Positions 26,257 through 37,465 of a DNA stretch of 64,000 bases are shown one piece after another. Source of the DNA: Amoeboaphelidium protococcarum X5 (taxonomy: Eukaryota; Fungi; Aphelidiomycota); assembly GCA_023515725.1 (NCBI GenBank), contig JALDTO010000162.1, positions 479,555 through 543,554 of the forward strand. Direction: 5' to 3'. Below the pieces are notes generated by a model. That model saw nothing but the letters and a program-made list of their open reading frames with translations, was not told where the DNA came from and made no database searches. Position 1 is the stretch's first letter. Every line of letters begins with the position of its first letter. A program made the position numbers and the translations under genes.

Positions 26257-28084
26257 TGTGGCAGAATGCAAGTTGATTGCGGCGACATTTAAACAGTCAC
26301 TCTTACTCAAATCATATTAAGGTCCACTAGAGAATGAGAATGTAAATCCATTTCCGCTCAAGTTATTACTTCCAAAGCGATATATATCTGTCATATCTTC
26401 CCAGGACTTATAGATTTAGCTATGAAGCAGAGTATATAACAAAATCAAGTTAAAACTATCACGACAGCAGTTGAAAGATGAAACAACAATTTGTACGTTT
26501 CAGAGAAATGACAAGAGCGCCGCCGCTCACTCAATCAGGCGCTTGAAACAAACAAACAAACAATCAAATGATTAAAAGCGAAAGTGGAAGGAGTGTAGGA
26601 ACTTTCATACGCGTACTGTGTACTCTACAGTAAGATTAGGTATAAGGAATATTCTGATGGAACCTTAAATAGATTATTACCGACTTTAAGCAATATGAAC
26701 ATGCTTGGCCCAATCCGCAATTATTTAGTTGCCAATGCTATAAGTCATACTCATGTATCCCGACCAATTTAATAATGAAGTACCGGTACTTGAAGTTCTA
26801 CTTGATGTTCCGAGGCGATGTGTAAAGGGGAGCATTCGTTGAAACGCACCAAGTTAAATGAACCTCTGCCATGGACCTTCGATATCATTCATAAACAGTT
26901 TCAGAATATCGCCGATGATACAAAGCCAAATCTTGAGGTGATATCCCATCCATACCAATCACTTGCACGTCCAGCGAATCTCGCCCGTCCATTGCAATCG
27001 GAACTCTATCAAGGGAAAGGTCCGGTAAATGCAGACATATGCAGAATTGGGGGTGATTCCTCGAGATGCGAACGCGCACATGAGCAGGAAAGCAAGGCAC
27101 TTTTCTTGCTGAAATGTCCCCTGTATGATGACAGGCCCTCCGTTCTATAATGGTGTAATGAGGCAGAACTTTCTTTATTACTTTTAGACTACGACAATTG
27201 CAAGAGGAACATAGAATTTATGGTAAGAACCCATAGATTCTACCATTGAGACAAAAGAGCACCTGCAAAGTGATTTTGACTCTATACAATGAAATTTCTG
27301 CTTCCTAAGAGTAAAGAGTTACTAAAGCAAGTGACTCTCATTGAAAAGTGATTCAATATGAAAGCTCGCTGGGATCTCTGGAGTACTAGCAGATGAAGCG
27401 ATTAAATGACTATGATAATTGCTGCACTTAATTGATCTAACTAAAAGACGAATGGTGGGCCTGAAGTTATAGAGGATTTAGCTAATCGCGTCTTGCATTT
27501 TTAGAAAGGCAATGAGTTTCTCATCTCTGCTGTTAAAAGGCGATAAGCTGCTTCTTTGAAATAAATGCCTTAATGCGTATAATTAGTGTATTAGAAAATT
27601 TATGTTGGATTTCGGTCTCAGCAAAAAGTGCAATCTTAGAACACTTAGAAAGAACTGCTCTTTGGAGGAAGTAGAGTTTATGCTTCCTGATCATTGCGGA
27701 TGTGATTGTAAGAGTCAATCTTTTGAGAATTTGTTACAGTTCAAGCACTTTAACGTAGAAGAGTAAGATATATATATGCCTGCATGAAATGCGTTATTAC
27801 GTACAAAGTTCAATTGTTTCCATTATCAAGCTTATCAATCTAATTGCAGAGTACTGTGGTAGAATCAAGATTTAGATGAATATATTCTCTCTCAACTTAA
27901 CGCTCGTTATAAATCTTTCAGCAGAAATTTTGGTATTAATAAATCTTACTTAGAGTCTACAGTGGATAGAGAGCCAATAGAAGTGGTTGTTCAGTAGATT
28001 TGTCAGATTAAGGACCCGCATGACCAGGAAGATGATGATTCTGAATCCGTCAATAGTTAAGACAGTGTTGATGGCTTTTGTACT

Positions 28085-29122
28085 ATGATGACGCTGAAGG
28101 AGATTTGTGTTGCTGCCAATCTGCCATATGTCCGTCAGATGAATACTCACGCTCTGTGGTCACATTGTTTCAGATTGAACAAGGTCACTAGTTCTATAGA
28201 TCAGAGAAGACGTTTTGGCTACTCCATAACATCCGCTAATGTTGGCGGCCCTGCTTCCGTTTTACGGTCTGCGTATCGTGCCCCTCCTGCTAGCCGCTAC
28301 GGGTTTGCTTTCGATGGTACCGGATACCAACCATTGGATGTAAACTATGAAACACACGTAATCGGAATTGACGTCAATCGTGGCGTACTTCTGGCTGCTT
28401 CTTGTGGTCCTGATGACCGTATCCCAGATGTTCCAACCGAGCAGAGTCCGTTTGCAAATGGAAAGCAGGAGCTGGTATACACGACTGCCAGATGGCGTGA
28501 AGAGAACGGAGAAAATTTAGGTGAAAAGAAGTTGGCTGAATGGAATGAAAGAGCTCCAGAAATCGTTAATGCCATGGCCCACATTCCTTCCGCTAAATCA
28601 ACTTCGTTTCTGGGAATCATCTAACATTTGCAGTACGTACTGTAACATAGAGATTCATTCACTGGCTTTCACCGTCCTGAGATGTGGCGAAAGCTGAGGA
28701 GAAAGCTAATCTCCAAGCGTCAAAGGGCCTATGACAATTTGGTGCGTATGTTAACTCTCCGCCAAGATGGTTAGTTTGACCATAACACCATCATAGCATA
28801 TGGTGCTGGCAACTTTGTCACTGCTTCTCCTGGATATCCTGCGACTCCCGACAAGCGGCTGTTTTATGAGCTGAAGAAACGCTCCGGAGTCTGCTTGGTG
28901 CATGAGTTTCAAACCAGTCAAAAATGTAGTAATTGCGAGTGTGAGCTTGGTCAATCACGAGTATGGAGAATTAAGCATTGCGCAAATAACAATTGCTTAG
29001 CTATCTGGCACCGTGTTGTGAATGCTGCACGTAACATTCACTACATCTTTCTGGCAAGGAATCGTGACGGTGGTGAAAGGCCGGTTCCATTTCGATACGA
29101 TCCTCCTCGCCCTCAATAATGA
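28085..29122 (+). mobile_element. Fanzor1 (eukaryotic TnpB-like RNA-guided nuclease), N-terminally truncated, RuvC-III D->V
   Basis: RRFGYSITS, VIGIDVN (RuvC-I D, 28370), IPSAKSTS, IIAYGAGNF, VHEFQTSQKCSNC (RuvC-II E, 28904, plus Zn ribbon), HCANNNC, WHRVVNAARNI, ERPVPF; 345 aa with TAR=Gln. Confidence 0.92.
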
Positions 29123-29200
29123 TCAGTCCAGGCTTCGGCGCAACAGTCTGATCGGAGGTGAAAATCCGTAGCTGTCCCTAATACACTTAAACTATGAAAA
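29120..29200 (+). ncRNA. candidate Fanzor omegaRNA scaffold, element right end and guide
   Basis: GC-rich 60 nt right after the stop; GATCAG/CTGATC stem, GC(UUCG)GC, CGGA/TCCG hairpin; ends ...GTCCCTA, then abruptly AT-rich sequence. Confidence 0.55.
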
Positions 29201-29266
29201 TAACAGTAAATGTCTTTAATTATATTTAAGAACTCTTTTAAATCATTTCTATCAACCAGTAGTAAT

Positions 29267-30337
29267 TCAACTGTTCTGCTCAATCTTCTAAATGACAGCA
29301 GCAGTGAACTCTGAGCACTTGGCCTTTCCGCCCAGATCGCCAGTTCTAACTTTACCTTCTGAGATCGTGTCAATCACACTCTTCTCAATCAGCTCAGCAT
29401 ACTCATCCAGATGCATGTGCTTCAACATCATACACGAGGAAAGCAGTAAAGCAGTTGGATTAGCCAAATCTTTGCCTGCAATCAGAGGCGCAGTTCCATG
29501 GACACTCTCAAATATAGATGCGGATTCACCAATATTTCCAGATGGAGTCAGACCAAGACCACCAATCAAACCGGCACACATGTCAGATAGAATGTCACCA
29601 TACAGGTTAGGCATTACCAGAACACTGTCCTTGTACATATTCGGATTGGTAACAATATTCAGACACGCATTGTCCAGGGACACGTCATCATGCTTGATGT
29701 CCTCAAAGTTCTTGGAGGCGTCTTGGAACGCGCTCAGAAACAGACCGTCCGAAGACTTCATGATCGCAGCCTTGTGCACGCAAGTGACGCGAGAACGGCC
29801 CTGATTCTTGTGGCGACGCGCATAGTCAAATGCAAAGCGTACAACACGGTCAGATGCCTCCTTGGTGATTAGTTTGATCGACTGCACAACACCTGGCACT
29901 ACTTCATGCTCGATACCGCTATACTCACCCTCAGTGTTCTCTCTGATGATCACAGTGTTCACATCCTTGTACGGAGTAGGGAAGCCAGGCAGAGAACGGC
30001 ACGGACGGACGTTGGCGTACAGATTGAACAGTCTGCGCAGAGTCAAGTTCAATGACACGTGTCCTTTCCCAATAGGAGTTGCCAGCGGACCTTTCAGCGC
30101 AATCTTGTTGTGACCGATACTATCCAAGGCGGCTTACGGAATAGTAGTCTTGCCATCGGGCAATCTTACCGGAGTCACGTCCACCTCTTCCCACTCGATA
30201 GGCACCTGCGCGGCGGTGTAGATCTTTTTCAGCGCTGCACTAATTTCCGGCCCAATTCCATCACCAGGTATTAAAGTGACGCGATGCTTAGTTCCCACTG
30301 ACGCCAACTGTCTGGCAAATGTTTTTCCTTATATCAT
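29267..30337 (-). CDS. IDH2: mitochondrial NAD-dependent isocitrate dehydrogenase, catalytic subunit
   Basis: [56 protein letters not shown]. Confidence 0.96.
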
Positions 30338-30585
30338 TCTGTATATATGTATTGAGATTCCTACCGTTTGTTTAATCAAGTTGGAGTAGATAAAAGGGTA
30401 AAAGATCAAAGGTGGCAAAACGTGAAAAATCACACCGAACGAAAAAAAATAATTGTCTTTTGCCTAATGATATTTCATATAACTGCTTAATCCTGTAATC
30501 AAGATAATCTTTAGTAGTCCATTATAAATTAGTCTGATTCTATTACGCGGTTATATAGTGACTATTATTAACAAAAAATTCAACT

Positions 30586-31237
30586 TCACTGAATAACTTT
30601 TATTTTCAACTACACATAACATTATGACCAACTATGAGCACGTCCAACAAATTGAGAGAAATACCATTATAAAGTGGTCATTAATGGGATCAATCAACAT
30701 CAGTTTACGCGGCCTAAACAGATTTCGATTCTGCTCATCAATATAACTGTGAATCTTGTCCAATTTCTACATATATACAGCTAGCGACATAAGTGTCCAC
30801 CAAAATATCATGCTATTGAGCTCACCTTTTCAAAATGTGATTGAAAGAATAATGAGTAAAGTTGGAGAGTCGCGCATCCCAGCAGACAATCCAGAATATT
30901 AGGCTAATTTAAACGTTCCGCCTGAGCGTACATGGAGTTGAGCGTATTCAACACGGGAATGAGTTCATTCAGTTCAATCTACAATGAGCTTTATAATATA
31001 AAAATTGTATTAAAATATACTATTTCTAAATGTTACAAATTCGGACAGTTCTGGAGGCAGCTCTGACGTTTTAAATTAGATTGTGTCACCATGTGAGTGG
31101 TCTCGTTCAATGGTATACATCCTGCTCGCGAGCTCTGTCTACTTAACTTGAGACTACTATTATTCTTCTTATCCAGTATTAGGAATTTCATTATTGCTGT
31201 GATAAGCATTGTCATTGTGTTGAGACTGAAGCTCCAT
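30586..31237 (-). CDS. ERF4: ERF4/GOLGA7 palmitoyltransferase accessory subunit, 3 introns
   Basis: Spliced: YTIERDHSHGDTIQF..LPPELSEF|I..LNTLNSMYAQAE..LDCLLGCATL..SHFEK|KLDKIHSYIDEQN..LIDP. Confidence 0.8.
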
Positions 31238-31359
31238 ATAAAATTTACTATTGCTGTGACGCGAATTACTTGCATTTAAAGCGAAACTTTAGTTCCAAAG
31301 AGAGCTTTTTTATTGATCAAAGACGTGCACCATTTCGCGTTACTTATCGGAATATAATC

Positions 31360-31845
31360 ATGTCGCATTAGCAACCACTGAAAATGTACATTATAGTGCG
31401 ACGGGATCTATCTAAGGTATGATCATTTTTTATTTTGATCATTAGTAAGTGGTATCTAATATGAGTCCATTGTAGATGCTCAAGTGGCCTGGAGGCGCAG
31501 TGATTGCTCAAGCGTGTCACGCCTCAACTCTCGCTCTGCATCAGTTTAAAGATGACAGTAACACGTCGGAGTACTTGAAGGATGCTCAAAATATGCATAA
31601 AGTAGTTTTACAGGTAATTTAATGTTCTTTAGCTGGAGATTAGCAAATCATTTATTGATCGAATATCACTGTAGATTGAAGATGAAGCATAATTAAAGCA
31701 GCTGTCCAACTCGCTGTCACGGCGAGGGATTGATCATGTAATGTGGATGGAGCAGCCTGAGAACATCGCTACATGCATAAGCACTAAACCGTATCGCAAA
31801 AATGAAATTGGCGACATTCTCACCCATTTAAAGTTATACAAGTGA
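31360..31845 (+). CDS. PTRHD1: putative peptidyl-tRNA hydrolase PTRHD1, 2 introns
   Basis: MYIIVRRDLSK|MLKWPGGAVIAQACHAS..MHKVVLQ|..WMEQPENIATCISTKPY. Confidence 0.9.
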
Positions 31846-31935
31846 TTTCTCTCGTCAGTTCTCCAATATGTACTCTTCTTTCCTCGTTTATTCCCTTTCA
31901 TTAACGTTTATTAAGAACCTACTGATAGAATTGTG

Positions 31936-32307
31936 ATGAGCACAACTTAGTCTTTTAGAGAGCGAAATTTAATTGCGGCCATTGGAGATGAAGACAGTGT
32001 GACTGGACTCCTATTGGCGGGCATTGGTAATGTCGACCCAGTGTCAAAGGCTTCAAACTTTCTGGTTGTGGATAAGAATACAACGCTGGATCAGATTATC
32101 TCCACATTCCAGTAATTCTGTAAGCGAAAAGATATTGCAATCATTCTTATAAATCAGTACTTGGCTAATGAAATAAGAGATCAGGTGGCAGAGTAGTAGA
32201 AGATGGCGTTTCCTGTAATAGTTGAGATTCCATCGAAAGATTATCCATACGATCCGGCTCAAGATTCCGTGCTGATCAAGATTCAGAAAATGTTTGGTAA
32301 TGAGTGA
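31936..32307 (+). CDS. VMA7: V-ATPase V1 subunit F
   Basis: [52 protein letters not shown]. Confidence 0.96.
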
Positions 32308-32406
32308 TGATGATCTTATCACGTCAGAATGGATTGTGAAACATTTTACAGATTATATCTATTGTACACGAGTTTCATATTTTTTTATTATTAGGAGGGA
32401 AGCCAG

Positions 32407-33567
32407 TCACATCTCGGAGTTGATTTCAATGACAGACTAAAGAATTTCCGCAGGTTAGTTGTAGTTTGTCCACGCTGATATGATACAATTGCCTTCGTTC
32501 TGGTCATCACTAAACATACAGTATGTAAAGTTTTCGCATCGTTTGAAGAGCTTCTTGTTTTTGGGGTATTGGAGCGATATTTATATTAACTCATTTTGGA
32601 CACTTTCCACTATACGCTCCAACCTGTCTGTATCTAAATCCACTTCATCACGCTATATAAGTCCAACTTCATCCGGCACAATTAACTAACACCCATTGAC
32701 TATTCGCACAAAGTACACCAGTCCAGGGAAGCGATGAAGGTAAGGAAGAAGTTGAACACGAGAATATTAAAACTCAACGGCAATATCAAAGTTGGATAAC
32801 TATGCAAAGTTACTTGCATCGGAATCATAATCAGGCGGGAGTAATTACACCAAAACAATGTCAGGATCTTTAAGATTTCTCACAGAAATCGCTTTTTTAC
32901 CTGATACTTTAAGCTTGTACTCATAAGCTTCAGGTTTTATATACTAGGAGTAAACACTATGAAGAACATTAAACAAACGCAAGAGAGAATTAGACACGTC
33001 GCCGTGAACGCATAGAAGCGTGTCATTGTGGTAGAGAGCCGATGGTAAGCTTTGCATCTAATACAAATCCTGAAGCTAAAGACTTAACTCAGAGTCAGCG
33101 ATAACATAATCTTTGATAGCCAAGTCTTGAAAATAACGCGTGTATGGACTCTCTGTAATAGCCTTTAAACAATAATTGATCAGTCCAATCAGCTACGTGT
33201 TTTCGTCAAGCAAGTCTATAACGCCATCTATATGTAAGTCCTCTAAGCATATACTAATTAGATCAATAACTATATTCGCTACAGATTCCGCACTCGCTTA
33301 ATTTAGACCACAGCAATAAAAATAACCAACATCATCATACAAAGCTTTCATGATGAACTATCCAGAAGATCTATAAAACGAGGCAGCTTTTACCAGGATC
33401 CCTTGATTATTATCATCAGTATCGTCAGAGCCATCCAGTAACTCTGTCAACAAATTCTAAGTGGTAATCAAAGGCATAAATTATACATCACTGATAACTT
33501 TTTGATCTCCACGGTCACCAAAACAGTATCTGATAATCCCATTCCTATCGAGCAAAATTAGACTCAT
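32407..33567 (-). CDS. HPS1-like (BLOC-3, longin-domain) protein, 386 aa
   Basis: Open frame with TAR=Gln; FMPLITTQ near the N-terminus and PYLHRFPGLVYFVRI resemble the HPS1 motif FPGLVHF. Confidence 0.55.
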
Positions 33568-34436
33568 ACTCCACTATAATTTAGCAAAGAAAGGAATAAA
33601 CGATCTCAAGAGAGTATTCACAGCGGAGTACAACAACGCGATACAAAGATATAGAGTAGAGTCTATGCACAGTCTGTTCGCTGATTGTTTACAGATTGCT
33701 GCGTGAGTCATTCGAAACAGATTAAGCGCCAATAGAAATGTTTTCGGAACATTCCGCGAGCGATACATGGACAATCAATCAGTTGACCAACCAACGAACC
33801 AACCAGAGCGCGCTCCCTGACGTATGAGGACGATCGCTCAGGTACATACCTCCACACACGCACACATTCATCCCTTGACGCGAATCTCGTGAAAACATTC
33901 GTATTATTACCCCGATCCGCCCGCCCGCACGCACGCCGCCGCCATTTCGCGATTGTTGTAAGATAGATAGATTTCATCATTATCATCGTCTTCTCTGTTG
34001 ATTGACGACATTAAGGCTTTGACTCTGTCCTCTTTTGTCTTGCGTAAGGGCTTCACATTGTTATCATTATTACAAGAGATAGCACTCCTTCTCTTTCTAC
34101 AATCGCTGTCACTGTGAGATTAGTCTATAATCTTTCGTCATATCGTCGTCGATTACTGTGCTCTCTCTTTACAGTATACAATACACAATCTGAATAAATC
34201 TGGCGTGATCATAGCTGCACACCCCACTTCTATAAAATTGAACTATTTGTTGTTGTTGAAACTCCGAGATATAGAAGGTTGATTGTAGTAGACTACATTG
34301 AGATTGCCAAAAGACATCATAGTATTATTATAAATTTTGGATATTAGAGCAATAAGTTGCACATTCGATAGTGGTGAGCTTTACTAGTCTTCGTATATAT
34401 AATAAACCTACAGTTAGTTTAAGTTTTGAGTGATAA

Positions 34437-35582
34437 ATGGCCGATAAATATTATAATGGTGTTGCTGTGACTGCTCCGGTAGCTCCTAGATGGTAGTAGC
34501 AAAGGAAATATACATCATCAGCATCTACATCTCTGGACCCTTCGCTGATATCCTCTGTGTAGTCTACTGGAGCCTCATGGCGCAAGATTGCCAGGCCATG
34601 TGAGCAGATTCAGTAATATCAATCCTTTAGTTCTAGTTAAATACCGGATGATTATGGTGGTATTAAGGTATCTACTCCATAAATGAGAATGGGAGGTCAA
34701 GACCGGCTGAGCTAGAATGAAATTTCAGTGGTTGGATGGAGTGATGACCAGCGTGTGTGGCAGCAATAGTCATCAGTATCGAATAATGGCGGTACACATT
34801 AGACTTAACCTTTCAATCGGTATGAGAGCAGAAGTAATGGAAGTAGTAATACTAGCGACAACAACATTGGCGGTGGTAATATTGTTCACAGTCAACCTAC
34901 AGTAGTGGACAAGGGGTACGTACAGTCGATATGGAGTAGCCACGACGAGAAGGAGTATTTGCATAGAACTAGAAGCTCTGATATCAGCTATAAGAAGCAT
35001 TCCCATTATTCGCATAATCATCATTAATAGTCTCAACAGTTATCATTGCATCATAATCACTCCATGTACAATGGATCGTCCGTGCCTGATCTGACATCAT
35101 GCGGATCTCAGTTTGATGATGTGAAGAGCATCAAGAGTGATTTATCTTCACCTGCTGTGAGAAGTGATTTGTCTGTAAGATCGATAGATGGTGGTAGAAG
35201 TGGCGGTGGATCTATGTTCTAGTACTATCCGCAGTCTGAGCCTGACAGCACGCGTAAATGGATAAAGGTGAAGTAGCCAGAGTTGCTGCCATACCAACAT
35301 TGGAATAAGCATCTGAATGCTCAGATTATGCCGCTTGGTAATCCCCGACATTTGAAGGGAAAGATGCAGTAGAATAATGGCAGTAACGTAGGAGATAGCC
35401 ATGGTGATGACGCGTAGTAGTTGCAATAATAGCAATAGTTTACCGGATTTATAGTTGGACGTCAAGACTACAATAACAGCAACAATAACTATAATAATAA
35501 TGTGAAAGGTACGAGGAATTATCAACATCGCTATCAGCATTAACAATAATAGCAGAGACCATAGCGAGAGTATCAATACTGA
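34437..35582 (+). CDS. unknown low-complexity Q/N/S-rich protein, 381 aa
   Basis: Long ATG..TGA frame; poly-Gln written with TAA/TAG; preceded by about 450 nt of leader-like sequence. Confidence 0.7.
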
Positions 35583-35717
35583 CGCCAGCAGGATCTTGAC
35601 TGATCATAGTTCAAGTTTCGTATTATCTAACTGAGAATAAATAAATAAAAAAACAAAAAACTTAAATAGTGGGCAGATTGGGATGAGCTTAATATATATT
35701 TTAGTAATAAAAGTATT

Positions 35718-37277
35718 TCATTTATTTTGACGCTTACGCTGCTTCTTACCACCTTCTACGGCCAATGCGTGTCCAGTGGCTTCAATGTGTCGAAATAACT
35801 TGTTCCTGGTCTCAAATTGCATTGAACATACATTACATGCCAGTCCTTAAGATGATGAATATTGCGCATTCTTGGCTGTGTCCCTTCTAGAACCGCTCTT
35901 TTTTGTCTAATTTTATGAGACTTTATCTACTTGAGTACCGGCAGACTGGCGCTCTTCCTATTAATCACCTTTATGCTACTTTTCATCTTGATCTGATATT
36001 TCTATAGATTTAATTCCCACCACTACTTCAGGCTCACCGTACTCGCTACCAGAAGATAAAAGCTCTGTGGATGAATTACTCGATGAAGCAGATTAGTCCA
36101 CATCCTGCTCTTGATCAAAGGCACCATTGTCCATTGATCCGTCATCAGATTCAATAAGAGTCTAATAATCTTATTATTCATCTAAAGGAGATTTTGACGC
36201 GTCTTGAACTTCTTCAGAACTTGCATCAGCGTCATTTAATTAATTGTATAATTCCTCATCCTTGAGCATCTGTTGCCTTACCAGCTTCTCCATCTTTTAA
36301 TGCTTCTTACTTCGCTCATGATTACTTAGCTATTTATCAGACTTAAAACTTTTATCACACAGTACGCAGTAGAAGTCTTATTCAAACGAGTCATCTTCAT
36401 TAAAATCGCCATCATTGACATCAGCATTGCCAGATTAATAAACATCTTCATACTCTTCATCCAACAGCTGGTCTAGGCGATCTTCATCAACCTTCATCCA
36501 TTCCTACTCTTAAAAGAATTCTCCCTTCCGAAGCAGTTCCGCTCTCTCTTCAGCCACTCTACGCCTTTCAATGGTCTACCTGGCCTCCTATGCAGCTTTC
36601 GCTTCTTCATGCAATCGTTTCCACCGCTCATCACGTCGCTGCACAAACTTGGTTAGAGCTCGGACACTATCATTATACTCGCGCTTGGCCTGCTCTCTGA
36701 ACTTCTTATTCTCTTTACCAACCACACGGCGAACGCGTCGATTATGTTCATCAGCTGTGCGATACTTGTCGACCCAGGCGAAGTCTAGCGAGGTGGAAAA
36801 CGACGTCCAGTAACTGTAGAAGGCCTTCAGAGTCTAATAATCAGTATCTAAGGAGCCAAATGACATCTGGAACATGTCGCTGTTACCCGCCTTGATTTCC
36901 TGCTATACAAGCTCTTCATACACGCTCCTGTACACGGCATAAAATCCGTTCGGACCATCATTGTAGCCATCATATACAGATGTAGAGAAGTAATGATTAA
37001 CATCCACAATATCCTCGAAAGAATGCTACTATTCCACTTAATCTTTAGAGTTTCTAAGAATTTAATTTCTATGACTATCATACCAAGATCGCTCCTGGGG
37101 ATCAGATAGAATATCATAAGCTTCTTGAATCAATCTAAATCGACTTGTCGCCTCATCAACCTTGTCCGAATTCTTATCAGGATGCCACTATAAAGCCATT
37201 TTCCTATAAGCCTTCTTAATCTCATCATCTTACGCTGTTCGCGCCACTCCTAGCACCTCATAATGACACTGCTTCAT
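35718..37277 (-). CDS. JJJ1: J-domain protein with C2H2 zinc fingers (Jjj1/DNAJC21)
   Basis: [43 protein letters not shown]; [20 protein letters not shown]; C-terminal C2H2 finger. Confidence 0.93.
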
Positions 37278-37465
37278 ATCTATATCTATCACTGTGATTA
37301 ATTTTTAAAAAGTTAAGAAAAACGACAGTGTAGTATAATTGAAGTAAAAATGGAAAAGACGTTAGTTGACGATTAAACTCCCAACAACAATTCGTGTCAA
37401 AGCAGTTAAGTTTATATGCCTTCGTTATTATCATTATCAAGTATGTACCAAACTCACTCCACAAT

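Noticed and set aside
29292-29804. 170-aa plus-strand ORF and similar antisense ORFs over ODC, KAP95, ETFDH and VMA8
   Set aside because: Antisense shadows of conserved genes
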